From: a virus
Taxonomy: Duplodnaviria > Caudoviricetes
Direction: 5' to 3' (one strand)
DNA: 53,413 nucleotides
Virus record (IMG/VR): IMGVR_UViG_3300023116_000063
Span: 1 to 53,413 of that record
Shown: positions 18,220 to 27,018 of the stretch, piece by piece
Position numbering within the stretch: the first letter of the stretch is position 1
Layout: every line of letters begins with the position of its first letter
Program-made: the position numbers and the translations under genes
Notes under the pieces: model-generated
Told to the model about the DNA's origin: nothing
Database searches by the model: none
Seen by the model: the letters and a program-made list of their open reading frames with translations, nothing else

Positions 18220-18519
18220 ATGTCGGAGCATTATCAGAAATACAAAGAAACCATAAAAAAGGTATCACAACGCAATTATAGAGCTCGCAAGATATGGGTT
18301 AATGAATATCTTGGTAAAAAGTCCTGTAATTACTGTGGTGAATCTGAAACTGCTTGTCTCCAATTTTATCCTCACGAGAGGAAAATACGCACTCTAACAA
18401 AAAGAAAAGGATTGAACGAGGAATCTAGAACAGAAGTCAAAGATTTAATCAATCAATCCAAAGTAGTTTGTGCAAACTGCTTCCTTAAATTAGAAAACGA
18501 TATTATTGATATTATGTAG
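18220..18519 (+). CDS. Degenerate HNH-like zinc-binding protein
   Basis: CNYC...CLQF...VVCANC, with the usual His residues absent. Preceded by CATAAATA (18207-18214). Confidence 0.65.
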   Translation: MSEHYQKYKETIKKVSQRNYRARKIWVNEYLGKKSCNYCGESETACLQFYPHERKIRTLTKRKGLNEESRTEVKDLINQSKVVCANCFLKLENDIIDIM

Positions 18520-18533
18520 GTATTTTAAGATTT

Positions 18534-20183
18534 CTACCAATCTGAATCGTATGAACGAACCACTGGACTCCACCGTGTTCCATACTCATCTACAATAGTT
18601 TCTCCGTATCCATTATCATTCAACCCATCATCAAAGAACCCAAAAGGAGCCATATCCTGTTCTAATTGATGTTGTTGTTCTAAGAACATTCTAGCACGAA
18701 TATCATCGTCAGTTAGTTCTTTAAAGTATGTCTGTTCTACCAACCACGCAAAGATAACACAACACATAGCTAAGTCATCTGTATGTCCATCTTCTGCCTC
18801 AAAGGATTGTCCTTTAAGAATAAAGGTAGAGAACTCATTGATTAAGTCGTAATCATTGATAATGAGTTTATCTGTTTCAATAATCTGTTTAAGGTTAGAA
18901 CATCCTAGTTTTTTAACTGCCTTTGTTGTTCTTACCCCCAATTGTGCTTTTCCACCACTAAAACCACCACCAATCACCTGACCTGCACGACCACGCATAC
19001 TTGCCATAATAAGGTTCTCATACTCCAAGTCAAACTGTAGTGCAGTTGCAACTTGTTCACCGATATCATTCACCTCAATCAAAATATAGGCTTGATTGTA
19101 AGCCTTAGATACATCATGGATAATGTTGGGAAAGAGTAGAGGTTTGATTTCGTTATTACGATATTTTGCAACAATCTTATAAGGAACTGTAGATACATCA
19201 AAGACAATAAATGCAGAGTAGTCATTATTTGTGCCTCTTGCAACGTCAGCAACCACAACATATGTACCACCATCATTTGGTTTCTCATACATATCCAATC
19301 CAGCGTTTGACTGAATAGGATTCTGAAAGGCCATTGACTTAATCTTTGAAGGATTAATAAGTGTATTTGCAGAACCCAAAAACTCACAGTCAAACTCTCT
19401 TCTGAACTGTTCTTCAGAAGTATTTGCGATTGTCTCTGTTCGCCACTTTTCATCTCGGCCTGGCACTTGACTCCAGTGAACATCTATGATATTATACGAG
19501 TTTCTTTTGTTCTCTGCATCAACCCACAATTTGTAGAAAAGATTCATACCATTGGGTGTAGATACAATAATAACTTTTGTAGTTTTACCAGATGAGATTG
19601 TAGGATAAACAGAACTAAAGAAGTCCTCTGCTACGTTGTTTGGAACGAATGCAAATTCGTCCAAGAATATCATGTTGTAAGAACCACCACGAACAGCAGA
19701 TGAAGATGTAGAAGATGCAACAACCCTACTACCATTCTCTAAGTCTACTGAACCTTTGTTCCAAGACACCACGCCCTGTTGTAACCACTTAGGAAGATTC
19801 TCATATGCAAGTTGAAGTCTACCAAGAATGTCTCTTGCAGTCGCAGCCTTGTTGGCAAGGATTGCAACATTCATGTTAGGATTGAATAGAACGTAGTGAA
19901 GAATATAGGATACCATAGTCGTGGATTTACCAGACTGTCTTGGCATCTTACAGATAGTAAAACGATTGTCGTGGATTGTATCTACAATGTCCTCTTGAAA
20001 ATTATACATTTCAAAAGGAACAAGTCCTTCATCAAGCGATACGATTTTAATATAATTCTTGATAAAGTATATGGGATTTTCCATACACTTCTGGTATTCA
20101 AGAATTTGATTTTTCGTCCACTCTACAGGAACATTAGATTTTTTTAGTAGAGGATTTCCAAGGTAGTGATCATAAGTTTTCAT
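18534..20183 (-). CDS. gp17: Terminase large subunit
   Basis: PRQSGKST, FLDEFAF, STPNGMN, DVARG...DYSAF, DDLAM. Confidence 0.98.
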   Translation of the reverse strand: MKTYDHYLGNPLLKKSNVPVEWTKNQILEYQKCMENPIYFIKNYIKIVSLDEGLVPFEMYNFQEDIVDTIHDNRFTICKMPRQSGKSTTMVSYILHYVLFNPNMNVAILANKAATARDILGRLQLAYENLPKWLQQGVVSWNKGSVDLENGSRVVASSTSSSAVRGGSYNMIFLDEFAFVPNNVAEDFFSSVYPTISSGKTTKVIIVSTPNGMNLFYKLWVDAENKRNSYNIIDVHWSQVPGRDEKWRTETIANTSEEQFRREFDCEFLGSANTLINPSKIKSMAFQNPIQSNAGLDMYEKPNDGGTYVVVADVARGTNNDYSAFIVFDVSTVPYKIVAKYRNNEIKPLLFPNIIHDVSKAYNQAYILIEVNDIGEQVATALQFDLEYENLIMASMRGRAGQVIGGGFSGGKAQLGVRTTKAVKKLGCSNLKQIIETDKLIINDYDLINEFSTFILKGQSFEAEDGHTDDLAMCCVIFAWLVEQTYFKELTDDDIRARMFLEQQHQLEQDMAPFGFFDDGLNDNGYGETIVDEYGTRWSPVVRSYDSDW

Positions 20184-20433
20184 TATCTGCGTTCAGTTGT
20201 TCTATTGTTTTAGCAATACCCAAATCATAAGCTTGTCTAATTTGATTATCAACACCAACTTGAATCGCAATATCGTTATTATTACAATGATCTACTAGAG
20301 ATGCAACAATCGTATCTGTTGCCAGTCTTGATCTGTAGTCCAACCAGTTTTGTAAATATTCTTGAACATCCAAACAAACAGAATCCATAGCTAATTTTTC
20401 TGTTTCTGAAATATTTAAATTAATTTGTGCCAT
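20170..20433 (-). CDS. Small fibre-partner protein (paralog of 39942-40226)
   Basis: Shared 'CLD.QE..QNW...R...HCN.NDI.I..G.D.QI.QA..LG' pattern. Confidence 0.7.
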   Translation of the reverse strand: MAQINLNISETEKLAMDSVCLDVQEYLQNWLDYRSRLATDTIVASLVDHCNNNDIAIQVGVDNQIRQAYDLGIAKTIEQLNADNENL

Positions 20434-20451
20434 AATTTGAGTTTCCTTTAT

Positions 20452-21873
20452 TTAAGCTATCTTGTAGCCCATCCACCATGTGTTCCATTGATTGCCTCCA
20501 GAATTCATCGCCCAAGCAGAGCCACCATGTCCATAAATTCTTACATAATCACCTTGATCTAATTCTAGAACATTCATATAGGCCTGGGTGCTATTTGCAT
20601 AATGTGGTAGATCTTCTACTACATCCAAAGTTCTGGTGTTGCCATTTACACCCCAACTACAATACCAACCAGTTGTTTGAGTACCACTAAAATCTGGTTT
20701 GAAAACCATCAAATAAAGTCCAGCAACTGGAGCGGTAAATTGATCACTTGCAAAAGAACTGTGATGCCTTCTTGTTTGCACCCCAAAGTAATTAGAGGCA
20801 CCATAAAGTGTCCAACCTGTGACTCTGGTAGCGACATTAACGACATTTGTAAAGCTTGTATTTAGATATGCAGCAAATGCTACTTGATTTGGATGAGATA
20901 CCCTACCAGAAGTATCAACAACTATACCAACATTATTATTATTTAATATATGAAGCCCACTTGCACCAGTTGCTCCTGTTTGATAACCAGCATAAGCTCC
21001 ACCGCCAGCATCTGTTGATGTTTCAACACCAATTTCTGCCGTAGTCGCCGTATTTTGCAATTGAAGAGCAGCAACAGATCCAGAATTTGTAGTTTTGATG
21101 AGTGCTCTGGCGTTGTTTGTATTTTCAATATGTAAGGGTAAGGACGGTGAAGTAGTGCCAATGCCGACATTATTACCATCAATAGCAACCCTAGTAACTC
21201 CAGCAGTCTGAAGATGAAGTGGTTTAGCACTACCAGATGCACCATTAACATGACCAACACGAGCGACAGAGCCAGTGAAGTCCATTATAATTCTTTCGTC
21301 ACCGGCACCAAAATTAGCAGATGCACCAGAAGAACCTATCGCACCAGCAACATTTAATCTTTCATTACCAGTAGTTGTGTTAAGACTAGTAAATCCATTG
21401 GGATCTATAGTAAATCGTTCAGCACTTGAAAAATCTTGATTATAATTTATTGATAATTTACCTGTTGATTGGACACTTCCGACAGCCCAACTTCTTGTTC
21501 CAGCATCGTGAAACCAGATATAACCGTCTGCATCATCGTTATATACTTCAATATTTCCCGCTACTCTTAGTTTTTCAAGAGAACTCGTAGAACCAATAGC
21601 TACTCTATTATTTGTACTGTCTAGATAAAGTGTTCCAGAATCGTAGTTTAGGTTATCTGCAAGTTTTGGGCCTGTGACAGCACCATCTGAAATCTCTGAT
21701 ACAGTAACAGAGTTTGCCGCCAAATCCTCGGCAGCAATAACATCAACACCAATCTTTGCAGAGTTCACTGCATCATCAGCAACTTTAACAGTTGTTACAG
21801 CACCATCAGCGAGTTTTGCAGTTGAAATGCCACCGTCACCAATGGCTGTATTTTTAATTCTGGTTAATGGCAT
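20452..21873 (-). CDS. Fibre / receptor-binding protein with C1q/TNF-like C-terminal tip
   Basis: AVT..K(L/I)A repeats, GIGT repeats, C-terminal VAFAAY...FTAPVAGLY...L.QGDYV. Confidence 0.75.
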   Translation of the reverse strand: MPLTRIKNTAIGDGGISTAKLADGAVTTVKVADDAVNSAKIGVDVIAAEDLAANSVTVSEISDGAVTGPKLADNLNYDSGTLYLDSTNNRVAIGSTSSLEKLRVAGNIEVYNDDADGYIWFHDAGTRSWAVGSVQSTGKLSINYNQDFSSAERFTIDPNGFTSLNTTTGNERLNVAGAIGSSGASANFGAGDERIIMDFTGSVARVGHVNGASGSAKPLHLQTAGVTRVAIDGNNVGIGTTSPSLPLHIENTNNARALIKTTNSGSVAALQLQNTATTAEIGVETSTDAGGGAYAGYQTGATGASGLHILNNNNVGIVVDTSGRVSHPNQVAFAAYLNTSFTNVVNVATRVTGWTLYGASNYFGVQTRRHHSSFASDQFTAPVAGLYLMVFKPDFSGTQTTGWYCSWGVNGNTRTLDVVEDLPHYANSTQAYMNVLELDQGDYVRIYGHGGSAWAMNSGGNQWNTWWMGYKIA

Positions 21874-21874
21874 A

Positions 21875-22291
21875 TTACTTTCCCTTTAACATCTTTTGTA
21901 GTTCAGCAGTGCTTCCAACAAATAATGCATTTGTTACGTTCTGAGGAGCAGAATTAGGAACTTCTTTGAGTTTCTTCATCTTTGCTTGCAAATCACCCAA
22001 TTTCTCCGTGACTTCTGCCACTTGTTTAATCAAGTTCCCAGCAACCTCATAGGTTCTTGGGTGTTCTGATTCTCTTGCAAGGTCTAGAATACCATCAATG
22101 GCATCCTGTCCTCTTTCGATAAGATTATAAAAGTTCTCTCGTTGATATTTATAATCGTTATCTATATCTTCTTCATTTAGTTTTGTTTCTGGAACAAGAA
22201 CAGGTTTTGGTGGAGTAACATCCTTTACTGCCAAAACCTCTGGTTCTGCTATTCCTAAAACATTATCTAAAATGTCAGTCTGATTGCTCAT
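21875..22291 (-). CDS. gp16: Terminase small subunit
   Basis: DY.Y.R.N.Y.LIE.G, HPR.YEVAG.LIK, NALFVGSTAELQKML. Confidence 0.93.
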   Translation of the reverse strand: MSNQTDILDNVLGIAEPEVLAVKDVTPPKPVLVPETKLNEEDIDNDYKYQRENFYNLIERGQDAIDGILDLARESEHPRTYEVAGNLIKQVAEVTEKLGDLQAKMKKLKEVPNSAPQNVTNALFVGSTAELQKMLKGK

Positions 22292-22505
22292 CTACCGCTT
22301 CTTCTTGTTTTGGAAGTTCGGCTTTCAAATTGTCAAACATCAATTGTCTAGATGCTTTGAGCATCTCAATTTCAAAAGTTTTGTCTGCTTCCAACTGATT
22401 TGACTTTTGAATATTATTAATTAGATTAATACAATTCTGGCTCAAATCTTCAATTGCATACTCTACGTCATCAATTGTAATCATTTGTTTCTTTTCTTCA
22501 GTCAT
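22275..22505 (-). CDS. Small coiled-coil protein following an S74 fibre
   Basis: ITIDDVEY..EDLS; RBS and gene packing. Confidence 0.65.
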   Translation of the reverse strand: MTEEKKQMITIDDVEYAIEDLSQNCINLINNIQKSNQLEADKTFEIEMLKASRQLMFDNLKAELPKQEEAVDEQSD

Positions 22506-22555
22506 AATATTTTCACTCCGTTTATTATATGTCTGTCTTTTATTTAGGTAGACTA

Positions 22556-24067
22556 TTAAAGTCCAGCATCGTCTAGTCTTGCCTTCAGACTATCAATTTC
22601 TGTTAGTGCTTCTTGTAAAGATTTAACAAGTAGTGGAACAAGCTTGGCTTGGTCGATTGCTTGGTAATCTGGATTACCATCATCATCTACTGCATCCTTT
22701 TCACCAGTAATTGCTTCTGGAACAATATCTTGAACCTCGTGTGCAAGGAAGCCATCGACTGTTGTATCTGCGTCAGCGATGAAGTTAAATCTAGCAGGTT
22801 TCAGTTGCTTTAATCTTGTTGAGGCATCAAAGTCGTATTCTACATTTTCTTTTAGGCGGTAGTCAGATGAGGTGTTGTAAGATACGGATGAGGTATTACC
22901 AGTAATATTTCCAACTTTATTTCCAGCACCTCTATAAAATTGAACTATTTCTCCATTTGCATTCATTCTGTTTAATTGTAAAGATGGATCATTGTTTCTT
23001 TCTATTCTAATTAACCCAGCTGCACCATTGACAGAAATACCAACGCTGTCATTAAAACTATCACTAGTTTTATTAAGACAAAGATGACCACCAGTAGTAA
23101 GACGCATTTTTTCGTCAGCAGGACTAAGAACACTACCATCTGCTGCATTTCTAGTAGCAAATATAAGTTCCAGACCTGATGCATTATTAGTTGATATTGC
23201 ACCAATCCCCGCTCTTCCCCTCTGTACAGCACTACTACTTGGATACCCTGTCCAAGAAATCCACGGCGCATATTGGTTTGATGACAATGAAGCACTAGGT
23301 ATCATAAGAATACCTTCATTTGTTGTCGATGATCCAGAAGTTATTGTACTATCACTTATAACCGATAGTTTTGCACCGGCGTCTGTTTGGACACCACCAA
23401 TATTAACACGGCCCGAGCTGTCTATACGCATGGCTTCTGAGTTGCTAGTGCCAAAGTGTAAGTCACCTGTTCGTGTCCACAAGTCTATGCCTGCACCTGT
23501 CCATTGATACATCGCTGACCTATGTGCAGATTGAATAGCAGGAGAACTGCCAAAAGAGTACAGGTCTATACGACTTCCAGTACCCTCATTGTTTTGTACT
23601 TGTGCGCTAATAACATTGGTGCTTGAACCAGAAACGTGAAGATTAGCATTTGGCGAACTAGTGCCGATGCCAACATCACCATCATTGGCCACACGAATTT
23701 TTTCAGAACCAGCAACCATAAAGGCAAGTTGTGTGCTTCCAGCCTCAGTTCCAAAAGTGCCAACACTACTTCCATCTGTTTTAAATGTGAAGTTAGTTGC
23801 AACACCATCTGTAAAAGTAACTAAACTTCCAACACCACCACCATTTAATTCAAGTTTTCTACTGGGCGAAGTTGTTCCTATGCCTACACGATTGTTTGTG
23901 CTGTCGAGGTATAGTGTTCCAGAATCATAGTTTAGGTTATCTGCGAGTTTTGGGCCTGTAACAGCACCATTTTGAATTTCGGCAGTTTCAACTGAACCAG
24001 CTGCCAAATCCTCAGCAGCGATAACATCCACTCCGATACTTCTTGATATGATTTTTCTAATTGCCAT
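22556..24067 (-). CDS. Tail fibre with Peptidase S74 intramolecular chaperone
   Basis: VGIGT repeats; YNTSSDYRLKENV...GFLAHEVQ...KLVPLLVK..QE. Confidence 0.85.
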   Translation of the reverse strand: MAIRKIISRSIGVDVIAAEDLAAGSVETAEIQNGAVTGPKLADNLNYDSGTLYLDSTNNRVGIGTTSPSRKLELNGGGVGSLVTFTDGVATNFTFKTDGSSVGTFGTEAGSTQLAFMVAGSEKIRVANDGDVGIGTSSPNANLHVSGSSTNVISAQVQNNEGTGSRIDLYSFGSSPAIQSAHRSAMYQWTGAGIDLWTRTGDLHFGTSNSEAMRIDSSGRVNIGGVQTDAGAKLSVISDSTITSGSSTTNEGILMIPSASLSSNQYAPWISWTGYPSSSAVQRGRAGIGAISTNNASGLELIFATRNAADGSVLSPADEKMRLTTGGHLCLNKTSDSFNDSVGISVNGAAGLIRIERNNDPSLQLNRMNANGEIVQFYRGAGNKVGNITGNTSSVSYNTSSDYRLKENVEYDFDASTRLKQLKPARFNFIADADTTVDGFLAHEVQDIVPEAITGEKDAVDDDGNPDYQAIDQAKLVPLLVKSLQEALTEIDSLKARLDDAGL

Positions 24068-24100
24068 GCGTTTCTTCCTTTAGGAATTCTTTTCTATTAT

Positions 24101-24922
24101 TTATTCATCTTGGTCAGTTACAGGATTATAAGTTTTCGCATCTTCAAAGAAACTTGTTGTTTCATTAAATCCAAAGTTATCATCATCTGGATCAAATTCT
24201 TGTGCAGTTGCATTTGATGGATTCGGTGCGACTGTGTATCTTTGTTCCCTAGATGGAGCATTAACTGGAGTATTTGCATACTGGTCAACTTGTACAGTAC
24301 GAATAACATTTGTAGACGTTACTGGGCCGTACAAGTAATACTTTGCAGTAAAACTTAGAGTATAAATGATACTCCTTCTACTTGTAAAGTCGCCTTCATA
24401 ATCGTCCTCATAAGAGATACTATTCAGTACGATAGGAACATCACGAATGATATCTAGTTCTGGAATCTCTCTCAAAGTTACTGTGTATTCTGGTTGAAAG
24501 TAAGGAAGGATTTGTTCTACAATTTGCAACGCATCATCTGAGTTCTTTGCAAGAATATACAACTCAAAGTCAACATTATATGGAACAGGCATAAAACCAG
24601 ATTTTAATTGTGAGTTATCTGCACCATCTAGTACCTTCTTTGCCTTCATAATTTTGTTTTGTTTTCTGGTTGCATCATATGTCAAACCAGAAATCTCAAA
24701 CCCAATACGAGGAAGTGTAACCGCTACCTTTTTTGCAAGGTTAGGGTCTTCTGTCAATCTTGACAACCACTTTTGTTTTGGGCCATATGCAAGTGGAACT
24801 TTCATTGTCTGTGTGACATTTCCACTGCTATCTTTTTTAGTCAATTGAATTTGGTTAAAAAGTGTACCAAACGCAACTACGACATTTCTTGTCGATTCGT
24901 TATAAAAATAATTTCCAATCAT
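24101..24922 (-). CDS. gp15: Tail sheath stabilizer / terminator
   Basis: FGTLFN, VPLAYGPKQK, LPRIGFE, QIVEQILPYFQP. Confidence 0.95.
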   Translation of the reverse strand: MIGNYFYNESTRNVVVAFGTLFNQIQLTKKDSSGNVTQTMKVPLAYGPKQKWLSRLTEDPNLAKKVAVTLPRIGFEISGLTYDATRKQNKIMKAKKVLDGADNSQLKSGFMPVPYNVDFELYILAKNSDDALQIVEQILPYFQPEYTVTLREIPELDIIRDVPIVLNSISYEDDYEGDFTSRRSIIYTLSFTAKYYLYGPVTSTNVIRTVQVDQYANTPVNAPSREQRYTVAPNPSNATAQEFDPDDDNFGFNETTSFFEDAKTYNPVTDQDE

Positions 24923-24924
24923 AG

Positions 24925-25683
24925 TTAATTAACCCCAGCATCACCGAATGGATTAGATTCAGTAAAGTCTAATATATTATCGTCTGCAAGTTCAAAGTCA
25001 TCATTCTGTGAATTCTCATCAATAGTTGCGACATTATAAGTTTCTAGTATTATATAGGACGCCGCAGCATTCTCTACTGAGTTCTCCAATATAAGAGAAC
25101 CAGAACCAGTTGCAGTTTCCAAAGTGAGTTGATGTGACAACATATCCAAAGAGTTGTCAGTTTCAATAACATCAATCTCTGCAATACCTGTGTCAATGGC
25201 TTCTGAACCATACTCAAAGGTTTTGCATTTTAGTTTATATGTAGGTAGATTGTGGACTTGAAGAAATGGATCTTCATCTTCCACAAAAGTAATCTCAAAG
25301 AGTTTGCCACCCTTTGGGAAATAAACTAAATCGCCTTCATTTGGCCTTGAAGATACAATCAAGTTGTTGTCGATAGAAATAAACTGTTCCCATCTTCTTC
25401 TTGCAACAACAAAGGTTGCATCATCTTGTATATCCAAACCAAACTTAGACATGAGTTCTTTCTCGCCCTCATATCCATCAATATTTTCCATATACATTTC
25501 GATAAGGTATGCATCCTCAAATGAAGAACCGATATCTTCACCAAAGATATTATCAGTACCAGCTAACTTACGAGGAATATAATAAACATCTTGCCCATAA
25601 ATGCGAAGTTGTTCAATAATCAAATCCTCATAGAGCGCCTGCTCTGGTTTTGTTCCTGTATCGAAATATACATTAGTTGGCAT
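24925..25683 (-). CDS. gp14: Neck protein
   Basis: YGQDVYYIPR, SKFGL, RPNEGDLVYFP, FTESNPFG. Confidence 0.95.
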   Translation of the reverse strand: MPTNVYFDTGTKPEQALYEDLIIEQLRIYGQDVYYIPRKLAGTDNIFGEDIGSSFEDAYLIEMYMENIDGYEGEKELMSKFGLDIQDDATFVVARRRWEQFISIDNNLIVSSRPNEGDLVYFPKGGKLFEITFVEDEDPFLQVHNLPTYKLKCKTFEYGSEAIDTGIAEIDVIETDNSLDMLSHQLTLETATGSGSLILENSVENAAASYIILETYNVATIDENSQNDDFELADDNILDFTESNPFGDAGVN

Positions 25684-25957
25684 TTTGTAACCTTATCTCA
25701 AGTTCTTTTACTTTTAGTTCTAAGTTACGAACTCTTTTAATTGTGTCTTGAACTTCTGGTGGTGGTTTGAAACCATTTATCCAATCATTATTCTTATCTA
25801 CTTGCATATCCATCATTGTGTAGTTATGTTCTAAAAACGCAATTCTTTCTGTTAAACCAAAATAAGCCGTGACAGCAATAACTGTACCAATAATCAATCC
25901 TATTAAATTCTTTAATGGAATTGCAACTTGCGTATCTTCATTTAGTTTTGTTGGCAT
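25673..25957 (-). CDS. Single-TM coiled-coil hypothetical protein
   Basis: Hydrophobic LIGLIIGTVIAVTAYFGL followed by a coiled coil. Confidence 0.7.
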   Translation of the reverse strand: MPTKLNEDTQVAIPLKNLIGLIIGTVIAVTAYFGLTERIAFLEHNYTMMDMQVDKNNDWINGFKPPPEVQDTIKRVRNLELKVKELEIRLQNAN

Positions 25958-25960
25958 AAC

Positions 25961-26776
25961 TTACCCTATCATATGCATAGGCGGCAGTTCGTATGCAAGT
26001 TGAATCTGTTCTTCCAACTTATCAATCTCTTCCTGTGCCTGTGTATAAATTTGATCACCGTTTAGTGCAACACCACCCAACATCTGAATACCTTGAAACT
26101 TAGAAAGGTTTGCACCCCATTGTTTCTTAATGAGTTGAGTTGCATACTTCTTCAAAAAGATATCATCCCAAACATCTGCATATGTTGCTGGATCAAGTTT
26201 GCGATAGCATTCAATAAGAATGTAATCGTTCTCAACAAAATCTGTCTGGAAATCTGCATCCAAGTATAATCTGTTTTGATGTTGGTTGTGACGAATTGCT
26301 GTCTCACCAATAAGAATGTGATCTAGAAAATCTAGATGTTGCATTGTCATCTCATAGTGAATAACAGAAGTAGAACTAAAATCATACAAATCATTCAGTC
26401 TCAACTGATATCTAATATCAAACATATTCAGTGCGGCCTTATCTGTCAAAGGAAATACTTTAACGATAGACACCACCGAACTTGGAACTGGAATCCAGTT
26501 TTGCTGTTCATACCAAGTTGCAGTTGTCGAACCATCAACATCAGTTGCAACCGTTCCAGAATCATTACCTCTTGCACGAGTAATATCTGCCGCAGACAAT
26601 TGATATTTTAGATACACCCTCTCAATACCATCGTAATGATATTGTGCGAAATATTGTAGAGCCTCATCAATTCTATCTTCAACTTGATCTGGATCAACAT
26701 TAATTTCGATAACAGGTTTGCCTAAACTTCTTAAGCACCATTCTTTAAAATCTGTTCTTGTTGTTGGTATTGCCAT
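25961..26776 (-). CDS. gp13: Neck protein
   Basis: LGKPVIEINV..DQ..DRIDEALQ, QWGANL.KF.G..M.GGV.LNG. Confidence 0.95.
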   Translation of the reverse strand: MAIPTTRTDFKEWCLRSLGKPVIEINVDPDQVEDRIDEALQYFAQYHYDGIERVYLKYQLSAADITRARGNDSGTVATDVDGSTTATWYEQQNWIPVPSSVVSIVKVFPLTDKAALNMFDIRYQLRLNDLYDFSSTSVIHYEMTMQHLDFLDHILIGETAIRHNQHQNRLYLDADFQTDFVENDYILIECYRKLDPATYADVWDDIFLKKYATQLIKKQWGANLSKFQGIQMLGGVALNGDQIYTQAQEEIDKLEEQIQLAYELPPMHMIG

Positions 26777-26782
26777 GTTTTC

Positions 26783-26992
26783 TTATCCTAATGCGACTGC
26801 TACTGCGATTGCGAAACCTTCTGAAGCACCAGCAGATGCGTTTGCAACTTCAACTACTGTACCATCAGATTTTTTTGTATAAATCTTTTGGTCAGCAGAG
26901 TTGATTGCAACTTCTCCAACTTCCAAATCGCCTGAAGATGGAACTGAAGATGCAGTTTCAGAGCGTTTTGGTCTAATCGCAACAGTAGCCAT
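26783..26992 (-). CDS. Minimal adaptor protein (KRS-type N-domain plus AVALG C-terminus)
   Basis: N-terminus is paralogous to that of 27019-28995; C-terminal EGFAIAVAVALG matches 42884-43294. Confidence 0.7.
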   Translation of the reverse strand: MATVAIRPKRSETASSVPSSGDLEVGEVAINSADQKIYTKKSDGTVVEVANASAGASEGFAIAVAVALG

Positions 26993-27018
26993 AATGTGTT
27001 ATCTCCTAAGACTACTTA

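Noticed and set aside
18534-20183. Intein or intron in terminase (also checked by eye in portal, gp46 and UvsW)
   Set aside because: Lengths are ordinary and the motifs are contiguous.
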